NCBI GenBank assembly: GCA_951406725.2
Contig: OX597815.1
Coordinates: 160,394,001-160,458,000, forward strand
Source: Octopus vulgaris
Lineage: Eukaryota
Length of the DNA: 64,000 nt
Direction of reading: 5' to 3'
Shown here: positions 14,626 to 26,569 of the stretch, in pieces
Position numbering within the stretch: position 1 is the stretch's first letter
How the letters are laid out: each line of letters starts with the position of its first letter
The notes under the pieces: model-generated
Seen by the model: only the letters and a program-made list of their open reading frames with translations
Told to the model about the DNA's origin: nothing
Databases searched by the model: none
Translations under genes and position numbers: made by a program

Positions 14626-15814
14626 TACAGTGATAGAGATGGATGTCAGAGATATGTAGGATGGGGAACAAAGGTGGGTGTGTGTGGGATGTCATTAGCA
14701 GATATGAAAAGTTGTTAAGAATAATAGCAGATATGAGGAGCTAAATATGAGGTTTGGCAGTCCTAATGTGCAACACAGAGGAGCTACATACAGATATATA
14801 TAGGTACAGATATATTCACATATTTTGCAAAATATTTGAAAATCAAGTTTTGATGTAATTACACAATAATCATTTATAAACAAACAATCAATATTTAATA
14901 TGTACACAATTTTCCCTCACTCAAATGGATAAAATACAAAAATAGTCTCACAATTCTAGAGCCACCAATTTAGTAATAATGTTTAAACTTACAACGTGAT
15001 GTTAAATTAACTGAGAAAAATAATGATTATAAAATTTGTTAAAAAAAAACAAACAAATTAATGATGATAATGAATATAGTACTTCTATACACCTGATGCA
15101 CAAAGCTACTATATTTATCTCTGAATAAGGAAACTTAGTTATTCTAGTTGACTTAGATGCTACTGTGGTTTTATAAAAAAAAGAGCTTAGGTTGTGTTTT
15201 AGATATAATCTCTCAATGTTTCATGTCTAGGCATGCTCAGGCTAATGTCTGTGTGTTTAGTTTTGGATGTATAATATGGCTGCTGTGGGAACTCTTGTCT
15301 TGATATAATTTATTTGGTAAGCAAAAGCAAAATGGTCAATCAAACCCAAATACATGTTCAAACAGGTCACAGAAAGAAATATATACACAGATGTGAGCCC
15401 TTGTAAGATTCTTCGCAAAGTTCACCATCTAACACCTCCACTGTTCATCTCATTCCTTAAACTGCCCAGGATATCAGCAAAGATAAAAAGAAAGCTTCTG
15501 GAAATTAAACAAGTTTATTAACTGGTTAAAATTTAATTGAGAAACTTAAGAAAAATTTCTCTGCTGACATTGAAGTCATAAACACTAAGCCTGCTACGAA
15601 TGTAATTTCCTCTCATTCTATAGAAATGGTAAATGAATTCACTGACACTGCTCCAACTACTAAGGATATTTCTTTGACCTCACTGAATGCAGACATAGTA
15701 AATTTCCGTTCATTCTTCGATAGTTGTAATGGAAGTGCAACACTGTACTGAGACACACAAATAATAAATAATTCCAAATACAGAAAGTAATATAAACTCC
15801 ATTAAAATTTCCTA

Positions 15815-15972
15815 CAGGCATGACTGTGTGATAAGAAATTTGCTTCCCAACCACATGGTTTCAGGTTCAGTCCCAGTGCATGGTACCTTAGGTAAGTATC
15901 TTCAGCTATAAGCCCTGGGTCAACCAAAGCCTTGAAACTGGATTTGGTAGACAGAAACTGAAAGAAGCCCAT

Positions 15973-16040
<68 letters not shown>

Positions 16041-16265
16041 TGTGTGTGTTTGTTCCTCTCCACCACCATTTGATAATCAGTGTAGATTTGTTGGACAATC
16101 AGTGTTGTCTCCATAATTTAGTGGTTCGAAAAAGAAAAAAAAATCCACAAGAATATGTAGCAGGCTTAAGAAAATGTACTGGCATTGATTTGTTCAAGTA
16201 AACCCATCAAATTGGTGCTCCAGGATGGCTGCAATCCAATGACTGAAACAAGTAAAAGAAAGATC
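15815..16265 (+). mobile_element. SINE family A (older subfamily)
   Basis: Head, internal (TG)n, tail GACTGAAACAAGTAAAAG. Confidence 0.8.
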
Positions 16266-16729
16266 AAAAATAAGAGCCTAGGTTGACAATAAAATCCCAT
16301 AGAACTACTGTCACTACAGAAACATAAACAACAGGAAAAAATCGGCAATCATCAAAAGGTATTCATTGAAACTGTGAAGTCGTTTTAACAATAAGAGCTT
16401 ACACCAATGCCAAGTCGGAATGAAGAAGCTAAGTGATGAAAAACTCAAAAGTAGATAAAGTCTTTCAACAGTGAGGCTGTAATTAACGATTGGGAAAAAG
16501 ATTTTGGTTAATGACATAGGCACACTTTATGCTGTAAATTACAGAAATATGTTGATTAGATAATTCCCAGTACTCAACAGGTAATTCTTTACTGATGTCA
16601 GAAAGATGAAAGAATGAAGTTGGATCTCAGCTGGATTTGAGCTTAGAATGTAAGGATATACAACTAAATACTATAAGATATTTCGCTCACCATTCTACCA
16701 GTTCTGTCATTTTACCAAATAAATAATAT

Positions 16730-17085
16730 TCTTTTTTACTCTAGGCACAAGGCCTGAAATTTTGAGGGAGTGGGCCAGCTGATTAGATTGATCCCAGTAT
16801 GCAACTGGTACTTAATTTATTGACCCCTGAAAGGATGAAAGGTAATGTCGACCTTGGCAGAATTTGAAAACAAATAAATAATTAAGACAATAATTAAGGC
16901 AGCAAGAATTAAGGCATTAACATGCTGGGCAAGATGTTTAGTTGCATTTCATCTATCTTTATATTCTGAGTTCAAATTCTGCTGAGGTTGACTTTGCCTT
17001 TATTCCTTTCAGGGTCAATAACATAAGTACCTGCTGAGTACTGGGGTTGATATAATTGCTGATCTTGCACAAAACTTTGGAATCA
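16730..17085. mobile_element. Two divergent (head-to-head) SINE family B copies
   Basis: Minus copy at about 16730-16870 and plus copy at about 16905-17085, both with the Nin/Deu core. Confidence 0.7.
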
Positions 17086-18254
17086 ATATTAAGACATGTG
17101 TTCCTTCCACAGCAGTACTATACATCCAAAACCAAACACAAACATTCACCGAAACTTCTTAGACACAAAACATTGTGGAATTATATCTAAAACACAACCC
17201 CAACTTTTTCTTTTACAAAACTATAGCAGTTTCTAAATCAAATATTTATAATGTATTATATAAAATTATGTAATAGTATATATTATATAACACCATATAA
17301 TATTATAGGTGATGAGCTGGTGTAATCATTAACCTCTCAGACAGAATGGTTAGTGGCATTTTTTCTGGCTCTTTATGTTCTGTACTCAAATCTTGTTGAG
17401 GTCATCTTTGCCTTACATCCTTTTGAGGTCAGTAAAACAAAATATTGTCCAAGTACTGAGGTTGATATAAATGACTAACAACAAAAAACAAAAAAAAAAG
17501 AAAATCGGTTGGTCCTGTGCCAAAATTTGAAACCATTGTGTATTTTATATAAAATTTATTATATAAAATGGTCATTACAATTCATAGAATTACTCCAAAA
17601 GTTGAAACCAACAAGCCTTTATATAGTTTCTAGGCTTCCAAGAAATAGCACCCAAATTCCCTCAAATCACACAAGCTACCATTTTAAGTAGACAAAAATT
17701 ACATTGGATAATATAGTCTCATATACTCCTAAAAGACAGAATTATCATAATTGGAATGCTTGTGTCATAGCTCTGCTCAATCAGAACCAAACTAGACCTA
17801 AACAACAACAATAACAACAATTCCAATATTTGCAAAAGACAAATATTAACTTTACTTTATGACATAGAACCCATCCATTATAACTTTAACCAGCATTTGA
17901 ATCTTGGTGCCTATGCCAAGATTCTACACTACTTAATCCCAGAAGTATCATTAGGCTGGAAAAAGCATCCAGGTTACACTGTAATTTGATTGGCTTTAAT
18001 AAAGGTGTCCAGTCATAGAAACCATATCAAAGCTGACACTGGATCTTGGAGCAGGCCTGCTACTCACTAGGTCCTGTCAAACCATCCATCTCATGCTGGC
18101 GTGGAAGATGGATGGTGAAATGATGTGTGAAAGTGTGTGTCTGTGTGTGTGCGTATGTCCTTGTCTTCAAATTGTATGATAGCTGTAAGCAAGAATCCCA
18201 ATAACACAAGTGGTGTCCTTTGTTTCTAATCTTTTGCAGAAAAAATGCTCATCT

Positions 18255-18657
18255 CTTTTACACTTTTACTTGTTTCAGTCATTTGACTGCAGCCATGCTG
18301 GAGCACCACCGTAATCGAGCAAATTGACCCCAGGACTTATTCTTTGTAAGCCTAGTACTTATTCTATTGGTCTTTTTTGCCAAACTGCTAAGTTACGGGG
18401 ACGTAAACACACCAGCATCAGTTGTCAAGCGATGTTGGTGGGGTATGAACATGGACACAGAAACATATACACACACATACATATATATACATATATACAA
18501 CAGGCTTCTTTCAGTTTCCATCTACCAAATCCACTCACAAGGCTTTGGTCAGCCCGAGGCTATAGTAGAAGACACTTGCCCAAGGTGCCATGCAGTGGGA
18601 CTGAACCTGGAATTATGTGGTTGGTAAGCAAGCTACTTACCACACAGCCACTCCTGT
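18255..18657 (-). mobile_element. SINE family A
   Basis: Same consensus as 6600-7000. Confidence 0.9.
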
Positions 18658-18887
18658 GGCTATGGAGAAATATTACCTTTCTTGGAAATAGGCGAGGGTT
18701 GGCAACAGAAAGGGCATCCAGCCATAGAAAATCTGTCCCAGTGAATTCTATCAGATCCATGGAAGCATGGAAAAGTGGATGGTAATATGATGATGGTGAC
18801 AATAACAATAAGGATGATGACAACTATGACAAAGAAAATGAAGACAACGATGATGTATGTTTTACTGAACATAAATCTCATTGTGAA

Positions 18888-19275
18888 TCATCATCATCAT
18901 CATCATTTAACACGTCCATTGTCCATGCTGGCATGAGTTGTACGGTGTGACTGGGCTGGCATGCTGGAAGACTGCTCAGGCTCCAGTCTACCTTGGAATG
19001 GTTTTCTATGGCTGAATGTCCTTCCTAATGCCAATCACTCCAAGAGTGTAATGGGTGCTTTTATATGCCACTGGCATGGGTGCTATTTGCATGATACCGG
19101 TATCTGCCACGACTGCAATTTTTCCCAGCTTGACAGGTCTTCTTCATAATGCCAAAGGACTTGGTCATTGCCTCCGTGAGGCCCAACACTTGAAAGGAAC
19201 TCAGACACTTTGCTTCCATGAGGCCTAATGCTCAAAAGGAACTCAGCCACTTCGCCCCCATAAGGCCCCAAAACT
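18888..19275 (-). mobile_element. 3' fragment of an RTE subfamily related to the 20-24 kb LINE, with a 42-bp tandem repeat
   Basis: (CAT)n tail plus the reverse complement of the RTE 3' end. 42-bp units at 19169 and 19211, partial unit at 19253. Confidence 0.7.
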
Positions 19276-19865
19276 TACAAACAATTATGACTGCTGCTTT
19301 TATTTTAGTAATTCCTTAACGTGTAAGATTTATTTTCTTCTGAATTATTCAGTTTTGTTAATATATTGTAATGCATTTTACTTTAGTTTTAGAGTTTTTA
19401 CATGCATGTATATAATATAGACTTACTTAAAGTTGCAAATAATGAGCTACCATTAAGATATATTTAACCATCAATTCGGCTTAACTCAACTTGGCTTGCT
19501 GACAACAGTTCCACTGCTCCTTCAAGACTGAGTGGGTTGTGGCATGAAAGCCATTCAGTTTTAATGATGCTGTCTTCAACTTATTTACATAATTCGTAAC
19601 TCTAAATCCCGTTTCTCTATTATTTATTTCGCCATCTTGTATGCATGGCTTCCTGTCTGTCATGCATTTTAAATTCCTCCTTTAATTTCAGTGTCATCCC
19701 GTTGTTATTCCATCCCCAGAATTCACTACAATATTCTCCCTCTCTCTCCTATTTATATTATGTTTTAATCGAACCCCGAAGTTTCTAGATGTTCAGTAAT
19801 TTCTGTCGCAGAAAATTCCCTACGTATTAACTTAAAACCTGTTGTTTCTTGGAGGTGACCCCGCC

Positions 19866-19930
19866 CTCCCACCCACCCACCCATCCACCCATCCACCCAT
19901 CCACCCATCCACCCATCCACCCATCCACCA
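19866..19930. repeat. (CCATCCAC)n tandem repeat in the LINE 5' region
   Basis: Seen directly. Confidence 0.9.
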
Positions 19931-20050
19931 GAACCGGAAGTTTCTGTTTTCTATCTTTCTTGACCCCCCCTCACCCCTATGTAGGGTTTATTGTGATCAT
20001 ATAGCGCAAAAACTTTGAAATTTATGCAGGTTGTAGTCTAGAGTCTCAGT

Positions 20051-23000
20051 ATGATATCTGGCAAATGCAAGCTTTCTTTTCAGGTACATAACACTGCGGC
20101 CCCTCATCCCAGGGTCTCAGAGGCCCACACCCTCAGGGTGGGCACCCTCAACGTTGGCACATTGAAAGGTAGGTCTGGCGAGATAGTCGAGATGCTTGAA
20201 CGGAGACGTGTTGATGTATGTTGTATGCAAGAAATAAGGTGGAGAGGAGGATCTGCCAGGGTCCTCACAGGCAAGGAACACAGGTACAAGATTTTCTGGG
20301 CAGGGAACACTGACGGGGTTGGTGGCGTGGGTATACTTATCGCTGAGAAATGGATAGATAGAGTAGTTGAGGTAATCAGAGTAAGTGACAGAATACTTAA
20401 GATTAGAATAGTGCTTCATAATAGATTAGCAACCATTATATCGGCCTATGCCCCTCAGCCAGGGCTACCCGATGGACAGAAAGACAGTTTCTATGACACC
20501 CTACTGCAGACCACCTCATCGACGAACGACAGGGACCTTCTCTTTGTGGCTGGTGATTTCAATGGGCATGTTGGACGACATGCTGGGGGCTTCCATGGCG
20601 TACATGGAGGCTACGGTTATGGTTCCCGCAACGAGGAGGGAACCAGGCTGCTGGAGTTCTGCGATGCGAATAGTCTTATGGTCTGCAACACTAACTTCAG
20701 GAAACCAACAAGCCACCTGGTCACCTACCGATCGGGCCGGCATACTAGCCAAATCGACTACATCCTTGCCAGAAAAAGGGAAAGATGGCTGCTTAAAAAT
20801 GCCAAAACCTTCCCAGGCGAAGAATGTACCCCACAACATAGACTGGTAGTTAGTGACTTTAGGATCAGGACTAAGAGGGCGACTAGAAGACGACCAACAT
20901 GGAGAAGAAGGGTCTGGAAGCTTAAAGCCCCTGCGAATGGACAGAGATTTAGAGATATGTTACTTGAAGCCTTCGACGAAGTGGAAGGGGGTATAGCTAC
21001 ACATGGGGTAGAAGACAACTGGACGTTTCTGAGGGACAACCTGCTGAAAGCCGCTGACCAGATCTGTGGCTGGTGCAAAGTCCCCTTAAGACCCAAAATA
21101 ACGTGGTGGTGGAACAATATTGTTGACAGGGCTATTAGACAAAAGAAACAGGCTTGGAAGGCCTGGAAGAACGGTGGTAGCAGGGAAGGGTATCAGACTG
21201 CCAGAAGGGAAGCTAGGAGACAGGTCTATCTAGCCAGAGGGGAAGCAGATAAGAGAAAATTTGCCAATGTCCTGCGCCGTGAGGATGAAAGACTTGAGGT
21301 ATTTCGTGTTGCAAGACAGTGTGTGAGAGAGAATCGTGATGTGGTAGGAGAGAAATGTGTTCGCATGGAGGATGGTTCACTTGCGCTAAATGAGGATGCA
21401 AAGAGAGAAGCTTGGAGACGCCACTATGAAAGGTTACTGAATGAGGAAAATGAATGGGATAAAGAGAGTCTGCCAAATGTTGACCCTACAGAGGGACCAG
21501 CTATCCGAGTTGATAGTTCCGTGGTAGCTAAGGCAATTAGAAGCATGAAGACAGGGAAAGCCCCAGGCCCATCAGGAATTACTGCAGAGATGCTCAAAAT
21601 ATCTGGCAGTGTCGGCTATAACCTAGTCACCCGTATAGTCAACCAGGTGATACACGAAGGAGTCATACCCAATGACTGGTGCAGCAGCATACTAGTCAAC
21701 TGCTACAAAGGTAAAGGTGATGCCCTAGATACAAATAATTACAGAGGTATCAAGCTGTTGGATCAAGTAATGAAGGTTACGGAGAGGGTCATAGCCCAAC
21801 TAATTAGAGAGAGAGTTAGTTTAGATGAGATGCAGTTTGGGTTCGTGCCAGGGAAAAGTACCACTGATGCTATATTCCTGGTAAGGCAGCTGCAGGAGAA
21901 ATACCTAGCCAAAGATAAGCCCCTGTACCTGGCTTTCGTTGACATGGAGAAAGCTTTTGATAGGGTCCCCCGATCCCTTATCTGGTGGTCAATGAGGAAA
22001 CTAGGGATAGATGAATGGCTGGTGAGGACTGTGCAAGCCATGTACAGAGATGCCGTAAGTAAGGTTAGGGTTGGCAACATGTACACAGAAGAATTCAAAG
22101 TAGAGGTTGGGGTCCACCAGGGTTCAGTACTCAGCCCCCTCCTATTTATCATAGTACTCCAGGCAATTACGGAGGAATTCAAGACAGGCTGTCCCTGGGA
22201 GCTCCTCTACGCTGACGACCTTGCTCTTATTGCTGAGTCACTATCAGAACTGGAGGAGAAGTTCCAGGTGTGGAAGGAGGGTTTAGAATCAAGGGGCCTT
22301 AGAGTCAACCTAGCTAAAACCAAAGTACTAATAAGTAGAAAGGTAGACAATCCACAAATATCTTCAGGAAGATGGCCCTGCTCGATCTGTAGAAAAGGTG
22401 TAGGTAGAAACTCTATAAGATGTACCCAGTGTAAGCTATGGACACATAAGAGGTGCAGCAATGTCAAAGGTAGGCTAACTGGGAAGATAGTTTTTGTATG
22501 TGGCAGATGCTCGGGAGCATTAACCTCCGAAAATCTGCAGAAAACAACTTCCGTCACTTTCCAGGGGGAAAAACTAGAAGTAGTTGATAGCTTCCGTTAT
22601 CTAGGTGACCAAGTCAGTAGTGGGGGTGGGTGCGCTGAAAGTGTAACTGCTAGAATAAGAATAGCCTGGGCAAAGTTTAGGGAGCTCTTACCTCTGCTGG
22701 TGACTAAAGGCCTCTCGCTCAGAGTAAAAGGCAGACTGTATGATGCGTGTGTACGAACAGCCATGCTACATGGCAGCGAAACATGGGCCGTGACTGCTGA
22801 GGACATGCGTAAGCTCGTGAGGAATGAAGCCAGTATGCTCCGATGGATGTGTAATGTCAGTGTACATACTCGACAGAGCGTTAGCACCTTGAGAGAAATG
22901 TTGTACCTAAGAAGCATCAGTTGTGGTGTGCAAGAGAGACGATTGCGCTGGTATGGTCATGTGGCGAGAATGGATGAAGATAGGTGTGTGAGAAAGTGCC

Positions 23001-23164
23001 AATCCCTAGCAGTTGAGGGAACCCGTGGAAGAGGTAGACCCAGGAAAACCTGGGACGAGGTGGTGAAGCACGACCTTCGAACTTTAGGCCTCACTGAGGA
23101 AATGACCAGAGACCGAGACCTTTGGAAATATTCTGTACGTGAGAAGACCAGGCAGGACAAGTGA
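20051..23164 (+). CDS. RTE LINE polyprotein: AP endonuclease + reverse transcriptase with an inserted PHD-like zinc finger
   Basis: APE motifs GTLNVGTL, QEIRW, ISAYAP, AGDFNGHVG, IDYIL, QHRLV. RT motifs NYRGIKLL, QFGF, FVDMEKAFDRV, GVHQGSVLSPLLF, YADD (22208-22219), FRYLG. RTE C-terminus LHGSETW, RRLRWYGHV, RGRGRPRKTW. Uninterrupted, 1037 aa. Confidence 0.97.
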   Translation: MISGKCKLSFQVHNTAAPHPRVSEAHTLRVGTLNVGTLKGRSGEIVEMLERRRVDVCCMQEIRWRGGSARVLTGKEHRYKIFWAGNTDGVGGVGILIAEKWIDRVVEVIRVSDRILKIRIVLHNRLATIISAYAPQPGLPDGQKDSFYDTLLQTTSSTNDRDLLFVAGDFNGHVGRHAGGFHGVHGGYGYGSRNEEGTRLLEFCDANSLMVCNTNFRKPTSHLVTYRSGRHTSQIDYILARKRERWLLKNAKTFPGEECTPQHRLVVSDFRIRTKRATRRRPTWRRRVWKLKAPANGQRFRDMLLEAFDEVEGGIATHGVEDNWTFLRDNLLKAADQICGWCKVPLRPKITWWWNNIVDRAIRQKKQAWKAWKNGGSREGYQTARREARRQVYLARGEADKRKFANVLRREDERLEVFRVARQCVRENRDVVGEKCVRMEDGSLALNEDAKREAWRRHYERLLNEENEWDKESLPNVDPTEGPAIRVDSSVVAKAIRSMKTGKAPGPSGITAEMLKISGSVGYNLVTRIVNQVIHEGVIPNDWCSSILVNCYKGKGDALDTNNYRGIKLLDQVMKVTERVIAQLIRERVSLDEMQFGFVPGKSTTDAIFLVRQLQEKYLAKDKPLYLAFVDMEKAFDRVPRSLIWWSMRKLGIDEWLVRTVQAMYRDAVSKVRVGNMYTEEFKVEVGVHQGSVLSPLLFIIVLQAITEEFKTGCPWELLYADDLALIAESLSELEEKFQVWKEGLESRGLRVNLAKTKVLISRKVDNPQISSGRWPCSICRKGVGRNSIRCTQCKLWTHKRCSNVKGRLTGKIVFVCGRCSGALTSENLQKTTSVTFQGEKLEVVDSFRYLGDQVSSGGGCAESVTARIRIAWAKFRELLPLLVTKGLSLRVKGRLYDACVRTAMLHGSETWAVTAEDMRKLVRNEASMLRWMCNVSVHTRQSVSTLREMLYLRSISCGVQERRLRWYGHVARMDEDRCVRKCQSLAVEGTRGRGRPRKTWDEVVKHDLRTLGLTEEMTRDRDLWKYSVREKTRQDK

Positions 23165-23248
23165 GCCCAGCCCACTTATGAATGCCTTTCCTCCCTTGGA
23201 CACAAAGACCGGTTGAGGCAAGCGAAGTCGATATAGAACCTCATCCGA

Positions 23249-23701
23249 CGACAGACACCCATGCCAACCCCCCATGCTTGCGAAGACATGTTGGGGCAAG
23301 CGAAATCGAAATCGAAACCGAATTGAACCAGCCAGGATCCCTGGCCTGGTGGTACGTAAAAAGCACTATCCGACTCGTGGCCGTGGCACGTAAAATACTC
23401 CAATGCGACCGTACGACAGGCACCCATGCCAACCCCCTTTGCTTGTGAAGACATGTTGGGGCAAGCGAAATCGAAATCGAATTGAACCAGCCAGGATCCC
23501 TGGTCTGATGGTACGTAAAAAGCACTATCCGACTCGTGGCCGTGGCACGTAAAATACTCCAATGCGACCGTACGACAGGCACCCTTGCCAACCCCCTTTG
23601 CTTGTGAAGACATGTTGGGGCAAGCGAAATCGAAATCGAATTGAACCAGCCAGGATCCCTGGTCTGGTGGTACGTAAAAAGCACTATCCGACTCGTGGCC
23701 G
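23249..23701 (+). repeat. Tandem repeat in the RTE 3' UTR (units of 165 bp, 159 bp and a partial third)
   Basis: Units start CGACAG(A/G)CACCC at 23249, 23414 and 23573. They differ mainly in the number of AAATCG-type copies. Confidence 0.92.
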
Positions 23702-24619
23702 ATGCCAGCACCGCCTCGACTGGCTTCCGTGCCGGTGGCACATAAAATACACCAATCTGACCGTGGCCGTTGCCAGCCCCGCCTGGCACCTGTGCAGGTG
23801 GCACGTAAAAAGCACCCACTACACTCACGGAGTGGTTGGCGTTAGGAAGGGCATCCAGCTGTAGAAACATTGCCAAATTTAGACTGGAGCCTGGTGCAGC
23901 CTTCTGGCTTCCCAGAACCCCGGTCGAACCGTCCAACCCATGCTAGCATGGAGAACGGACGTTAAACGACGATGATGATGATGATGAAAGCTTGCAAACA
24001 CAGCATGTTATTAATGCTAGGATGGTAAAATGGAAGTAACATATTAAAAATATAATAAAAAGGAAAGGGAAAATAGAAATGAAATATATCATGAGACGTA
24101 GAATTATTTTTAAGTTTATTCACATGTAAGCATGTTAAATTTTCCAGTTTTTTGAATACTAATAAAGAATTGTCTTAAAAACTGATAACAAAAATTGAAA
24201 GAAAATTTGAAATGAAGGAATAGAATGGCAAATATTGAAACCATAACAAATAAGGAATATGTTTTATTTTTGTTCTTTATTTCAACAGAATTCTTAGAAA
24301 ATTCAATAATCACACATGACCTTAAAGTTCAAGTAGACATAGAAAATGTTCTTTTTTTGTGTGGAAACGTGGAAACCAAATTTACTCATGCCTTGCAGCT
24401 ATTTGTTTACAATTAAGAAAGTGTAATCTGCATTTCATAAAAATGCAAGGCTATTGGCTTCTGCTGGAATAGTTCTGGTTTTAAAAATGAATAATTATGT
24501 TTATTTATTCATTTACCTTTATTATATTTTTATTTTGTATCATCTGTTTTCTCAACTGGCAACACACAAATTATCTAACAAAGTTAAAAAATAGGGAAAT
24601 ATTATGTGTAATAATTATT

Positions 24620-24830
24620 AATTTCAAATTTTGGTACAAGGCTAGCAATTTTATAGGAGGTTGTAAGTCAATTACATTAACTCCAGTATTCAACTGGTAC
24701 TGTTTTTATCGGTTCTAAAAGGATGAAGGGCAAAGTTGACCTTAACGAAATTTGAACTCAGAACATGAAGACAGGCAAAATGCTTAGCAGCATTTTTCCC
24801 AGTGTGCTAATGATTCTACCAACTTGCAAA
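24620..24830 (-). mobile_element. SINE family B
   Basis: Nin/Deu core on the minus strand. Confidence 0.7.
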
Positions 24831-25917
24831 TAACTAAAAAGTTGGTATTTCCAAACAAATGATAAAAAACAATCTAAGAAGAAAAATATTGTCTGATAGA
24901 TACAGCTGTGATAGAAGCCTGCATTCTTTCAACTGTTCTATATATGCAGAAAGGAATTTTTTTGTAACCATATTTTCACTGTAAACATATTTTCATTAGA
25001 GCAACTGACAAAATGCCTTATGGTACTTACTTGTGGCCCTTCATATTTAGGGTTTAAATCCCATCAAGGTTAACTTTTCCTTTGATAACATGAAGTACCA
25101 AAAAAGTACCAATAGCATGAAGTACCAATAAAGTAAACAACTTTATACATCACAAAATGTTTGCCCTTTTAATGCTAAACATCAATACTATTTGTAAATC
25201 AATAAATTTTAATTTATGCCATATCCATCCCAGTTTTAGAACAGCTATACCATATCCCTTGATATAACAAGATATAAGGTTGGCCACAGAAAGGAGATCC
25301 AGTTGGATAAAACTGCCTCAGAAAACCCGTGCAGCATGGAAAAGTAAAGGGAAAATCTTCATAATGGTAAATTAAATAATTTCCAGTTAATAGTTCTAGC
25401 TACTTTTTGGTGATGAGACACAACATGATGAAATACTAGTGTCTCAGAATGCCAAGCACCAATGAGACAAGTGTGTTGAAATTGTGTAAAAGGGAGAAAT
25501 TATTCTCTGAAAACATGATACAGCACCTAGCATATTTTGTCTGAGCCTGCCCAGACGTTTTAGAAATAAATATGCAAATATTCATTTCAATTTGTAATTG
25601 ATTTTTTTGATCTTTTGTTTTCAATCTATTCTAGAAATACATCGTTAAGCATTGTAACACATTATTCATAAATCTATTTAATTTGTAAAAAAGAAAAAAA
25701 GAGAGAGAGAAAAGATATAACATTTGTTGAGGGTTTCACTTCTCATCATATTTGCATTCTGCTATAAAATTTGGTGAAGCTACAGCTTCTGGTATATCAA
25801 TGATTGAATTCCAGTAGTAACTACTTCAATTGCTCAACTATAGTACCGTCCAGAAAGGTATAGTCATGGCAACTTCTATGTTATCACCCTTACAATAAAT
25901 AAACAATAAATAAATTA

Positions 25918-26075
25918 TAGGAGTGGCTGTGTGGTAAGTAGCTTGCTTACCAACCACATGGTTCTAGATTCAGTTCCACTGCGTGGCACCTTGGGTAAGT
26001 GTCTTCTACTATAGCCTCAGGCTGACCAAAGCCTTGTGAGTGGATTTAGTAGATGGAAACTGAAAGAAGCTCGTC

Positions 26076-26137
<62 letters not shown>

Positions 26138-26362
26138 ACGTGTGTGTATGTGTTCGTGTGATTGTATTTGTCCTCTGGCATCACTTGACAGCTGATGCTG
26201 GTGTGTTTACATCCCCATAACTTAGCGCTTCGGCAAAAGAGACTGATAGAATATGTACTAGGCTTACAAAGAATAAGTTCTGGGGTCGATTTGCTTGACT
26301 AAAGGTGGTGCTCTGGCATGGCCAGTCAAGTGACTGAAGCAAGTAAAAGAGTAAAAGAGTAT
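25918..26362 (+). mobile_element. SINE family A
   Basis: Full length, with tail AAGTAAAAGAGTAAAAGAG. Confidence 0.9.
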
Positions 26363-26569
26363 ATGATTTAAAGAATTATAGATATATCAGGGTTATCTCT
26401 AATAATTCCCTTTATTCCTGCATTAGAGTGTGTGTAGAAGGACTTAAATTTTTTAAAGTTACCCTTGATCTGGTAGACCTATGATCAAAGGTGTCGTCTG
26501 CGACATTTCTATTTAATATTTTTCTTTCGTATATCAAGGACTACCTTATCATTTTTCAAAGATTTTTAA

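Larger units (their letters stand above)
19440..23986 (+). mobile_element. Apparently full-length RTE-clade LINE
   Basis: Intact APE+RT ORF, ~820-bp 3' UTR and (GAT)n tail ending at 23986. Candidate imperfect TSD: AAAGTTGCAAA (19429-19439) vs AAAGCTTGCAAA (23987-23998). The 5' boundary is tentative. Confidence 0.85.

Noticed and set aside
23442-23475. GTGAAGA...GAAA hammerhead-like spacing in the LINE 3' UTR repeat
   Set aside because: G3 cannot pair with G8 and there is no stem II.
23249-23701. CRISPR-like repeat array
   Set aside because: The units are contiguous near-identical repeats with no unique spacers; the context is eukaryotic and no cas genes are present.
23176-23936. Antisense ORFs of 145 and 231 aa with internal peptide repeats
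   Set aside because: They are by-products of the 165/159-bp tandem units (multiples of 3) in the LINE 3' UTR; no protein motif.
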